Assembly (NCBI GenBank): GCA_002269645.1
Contig: NIVC01002410.1
Coordinates: 48,800-112,799 of the forward strand
DNA length: 64,000 nucleotides
Source of the DNA: Macrostomum lignano
Taxonomy: Eukaryota
Direction: 5' to 3'
Each line of letters begins with the position of its first letter. The first letter of the stretch is position 1. Made by a program: the position numbers and the translations under genes. Under the pieces are notes generated by a model that did not search any database, was not told where the DNA came from, and saw nothing but the letters and a program-made list of their open reading frames with translations. Shown here in pieces: positions 60,630 to 64,000 of this stretch.

Positions 60630-61720
60630 GAAATGGAACATCATGGAAGCTAGAAATGGAACACCATGGAAGCTAGAAATGGAACACCATGGAAGCTTGA
60701 GATAGAACATCATGGAATCATGGAAGCTTGAGATTGAACATCATGGAATCATGGAAGCTTGAGATGGAACATCATGGAATCATGGAAGCTTGAGATTGAA
60801 CATCATGGAATCATGGAAGCTTGAGATTGAACATCATGGAATCATGGAAGCTTGAGATGGAACATCATGGAATCATGGAAGCTTGAGATTGAACATCATG
60901 GAGGCTTGAGATGAAACACCATGGAAGCTTGAGATGGAACATCATGGAAGCTTGAGATGGAACATCATGGAAGCTTGAGATTGAACATCATGGAATCATG
61001 GAAGCTTGAGATTGAACATCATGGAATCATGGAAGCTTGATATTGAACATCATGGAGGCTTGAGATGGAACACCATGGAAGCTTGAGATGGAACATCATG
61101 GAATCATGGAAGCTTGAGATTGAACATCATGGAGGCTTGAGATGGAACACCATGGAAGCTTGAGATGGAACATCATGGAATCATGGAAGCTTGAGATTGA
61201 ACATCATGGAGGCTTGAGATGAAACACCATGGAAGCTTGAGATTGAACATCATGGAGGCTTGAGATGAAACACCATGGAAGCTTGAGATGGAACACCATG
61301 GAAGCTTGAGATGGAACATCATGGAAGCTTGAGATGGAACATCATGGAAGCTTGAGATGGAACATCATGGAATCATGGAAGCTTGAGATTGAACATCATG
61401 GAATCATGGAAGCTTGAGATTGAACATCATGGAGGCTTGAGATGGAACACCATGGAAGCTTGAGATGGAACATCATGGAATCATGGAAGCTTGAGATTGA
61501 ACATCATGGAGGCTTGAGATGAAACACCATGGAAGCTTGAGATTGAACATCATGGAGGCTTGAGATGAAACACCATGGAAGCTTGAGATTGAACATCATG
61601 GAGGCTTGAGATGAAACACCATGGAAGCTTGAGATGGAACATCATGGAAGCTTGAGATGGAACATCATGGAAGCTTGAGATGGAACATCATGGAAGCTTG
61701 AGATGGAACATCAGGGAAGC
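60630..61720. repeat. 21/30-bp composite repeat CATGGAAGCTTGAGATGGAACAT(CATGGAAT)
   Basis: Between convergent RABL3 and the minus-strand gene. Confidence 0.95.
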
Positions 61721-62272
61721 TAGAAAAAAATCATGAAATATAGAAATGGAGAATTATAGAAAATAGAAATAAAACATCATTTGAGACTGCTAAATTATCG
61801 ACTCCCAAAAGGAGTTTCCCAACTTTAACTAGACTCTTGATTCTTTAACACGAAATATAGTGATCTAAGAGTTGGGAATGAAAAATATTCTTTCTCTTAT
61901 TCATCAAGCAAAACCCACAAGTTCAGTACACAATAAATTGAGTGCTCAGCTCGTATCAGTCAATTTAAATTTCTATAAAAGCATGGAAAAATTAAAACGT
62001 TCTCATCGACCTTTTGCCCACCTAGTCAGCCAAACCTTAAAAACCGGTATATATATTTTTATTGTTGGTTAAGCGGTGACCCAGTCAGAAAAAATATTCC
62101 AGGCCAAAAAATGATATAAATGTTCCGTGGCGAGAATGTGTGGAGAGTTCAGCAGAAAATGAACGCTAAAAAACAAATTTCTATGAATGAAATGAACTCT
62201 TAAACCTGGCAGAAAGATGAACAAAGTAAATTCTTAAAGACTGAGAAAAATGTCACTAGCACGGCACCGCGG

Positions 62273-64000
62273 TCAGTAGGCCGAGTTGGCCGGACTGCTA
62301 TTGACGGCGTCAAACGCATCAAACAGCTGCTGCTGCTGCTGCTGCTGCTGCTGCAGCCCCGCGCGGCCCGCCGGCTTTCCACCCTGAAGTCGAACGTCGC
62401 CCATGTCGCCGGGCGCGAACTGCTGCTGCTGCCTGCCAGCGCTGCTGGAGTACATGTGCTTCACCAGCTCGCGCTCGAAGCTGTTCAAGTCTTCGGAGCG
62501 CTCCTCGTCTTCGTGGTCGGCGGTTTCCGTCTTTTCGTTGCCGGCGTAGGGAGATCGAGACGACAGCAGCTGCTGGCGGTGCTGCTGAAACTGCTGATGC
62601 TGCTGCAGTTGCTGCTGTTGAAGCATCTGCTGCATCAGCTGAGGCGGCATCTCCTGGCCCGGCATGCCGGACTCGTCAAAGTCGGTCATGATGTCGGAGC
62701 TGCCGGTAGGAGGCTGGGCGGCCGCCTGCTTCATCCGCGGCATGCCGCTGCTGCTGGCCTGGATGTAGCTGTTGAGCGAGGGCGGCTTGCTGAACCGGCT
62801 GCCGTTCTGCCGCACCCGCAGGAGGGCGCAGTCGTCGCCAACGCTGCGCAGCTCGGAGGCGGGCACGCGCCCAGCTCCTGTCAGATTGATGGTGCTGTCC
62901 TGCTCTTTCTCGTTGATGATGCTGATGTGAGTCTTGATGGCCAGCAGAGAGTCAGTTGGTAGGGCGACATTCTCCGGCAGGCAGCTGAAGATCTTCTGCA
63001 GATGCTCCACAGGCAGTCGCAGAAACGTTTTTCGCCACTTGGTGGCTGTGAGGGCTCGGCGAATGATGTCGGCCAGGGAGTTCATCGGGCCGTTTTTAAC
63101 CTTGCAGTGCATGCGGTAGTACAGGCCCATCAGCAGTGCGATGGCGCAGTCCTGGTCCATGATCATGGGGTCCAGGCTCTGGATGCGGGCAACAAACCCG
63201 GCCTTGGTGTCGGGCGTCGGCTGCAGCTCAAGGAAGCAGCGGTTTTTGAACAGCGTCTCCAGCGCGCTGATCAAGTTGTGCGACTTGCGACACTCCGGGT
63301 CCTCGTAGTACGCCACGCGGGCGATGCGGCGGAACAGGCTGATCTTCTGGCCGAACCCGTCATCGTGCCAAATGGCCGAATGGTGATGGGCTCTCGAGCA
63401 GGCTGCTGATATTGATGTTGAGCCGCGTCTTCATAGTCTCGGTGCGTAGTGGAGAGTGTCGCGATATTTGAATACCTTTTGGCTGGCCTTGCTCTCATAG
63501 TGCAGCTCGAATGGCCGGCTGATGTCCAACGTTCAGCGCCTGTCCGTGCTTCATGAACGGCGGCGCCACGCTGCTCAGGGAGCTGATGGCCTCGTAAAAC
63601 TCCCGCCTGATGGCGACGCACACGGGCAGGATCTCGACAATGTCGCCGCCGGCAACGCCTCGCGCTGAATACGTCTGTGGCGAAGCTCTTCTGGTGCCCA
63701 TGGTTGACTCCGCTGCGCAGGATGATCTCCACCGACTTCTCCTCCTTGAGGTAGATGGCCAGACTCAGCGGGTTGAGGCTACAGCACGGCGTTGCGGTGA
63801 AACATGGACTGAGAGTCGCGCGAGTCGTTCCCGATGAGGTCTGGCTGGTCGGCGATCTGGAAGATCTGCTGGAAACAGCTCGGGCCTCTCCCTCACCATG
63901 GTGGTGAGACGGTGGTGCGACCTGCCACGGATCATGTTGATCATCCATTTCGTGTACGGGTGATGGCTGCGTAGGAACGGTGGTATGTTCAGGTGCGAGT
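62273..64000 (-). CDS. Uncharacterised protein with an ankyrin-like segment and Gln-rich C-terminus. Runs off the window, and the 5' part is interrupted by about 6 frameshifts (errors or pseudogene)
   Basis: Clean GC3-rich frame 63376->62273. Upstream coding-like segments alternate frames, including LNPLSLAIYLKEEKSVEIILRSGVN (ankyrin-like) and GVAGGDIVEILPVCVAIRREFYEAISSL. Confidence 0.6.

Overview
Eukaryotic (animal) genomic DNA, not prokaryotic. It has GC3-rich exons with GT-AG introns, and nearly every larger intron and intergenic space is filled by a tandem repeat. This style resembles a free-living flatworm such as Macrostomum (inference, not verified). Six conserved housekeeping genes lie head-to-tail on the + strand: SPOP (5'-truncated by the window), TOP3B, TAF7, CHFR, a TMEM223-like gene and RABL3. 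A convergent minus-strand gene of unknown identity, broken by about 6 frameshifts, follows at the right edge. Most long ORFs in the supplied track are minisatellite translations and are not genes. Best leads: (1) the co-oriented cluster may be a polycistronic unit resolved by spliced-leader (SL) trans-splicing, and CHFR has no usable in-frame ATG and would be completed exactly by the AUG that ends flatworm SLs; (2) a tRNA-headed SINE family (4 copies plus a fragment) whose central domain shows compensatory base-pair changes; (3) a small coding-like antisense ORF nested in TOP3B intron 6; (4) the TAF7 stop codon sits inside the first unit of an in-frame 30-bp coding-capable minisatellite. Exon boundaries were read by eye, and repeat boundaries are approximate.
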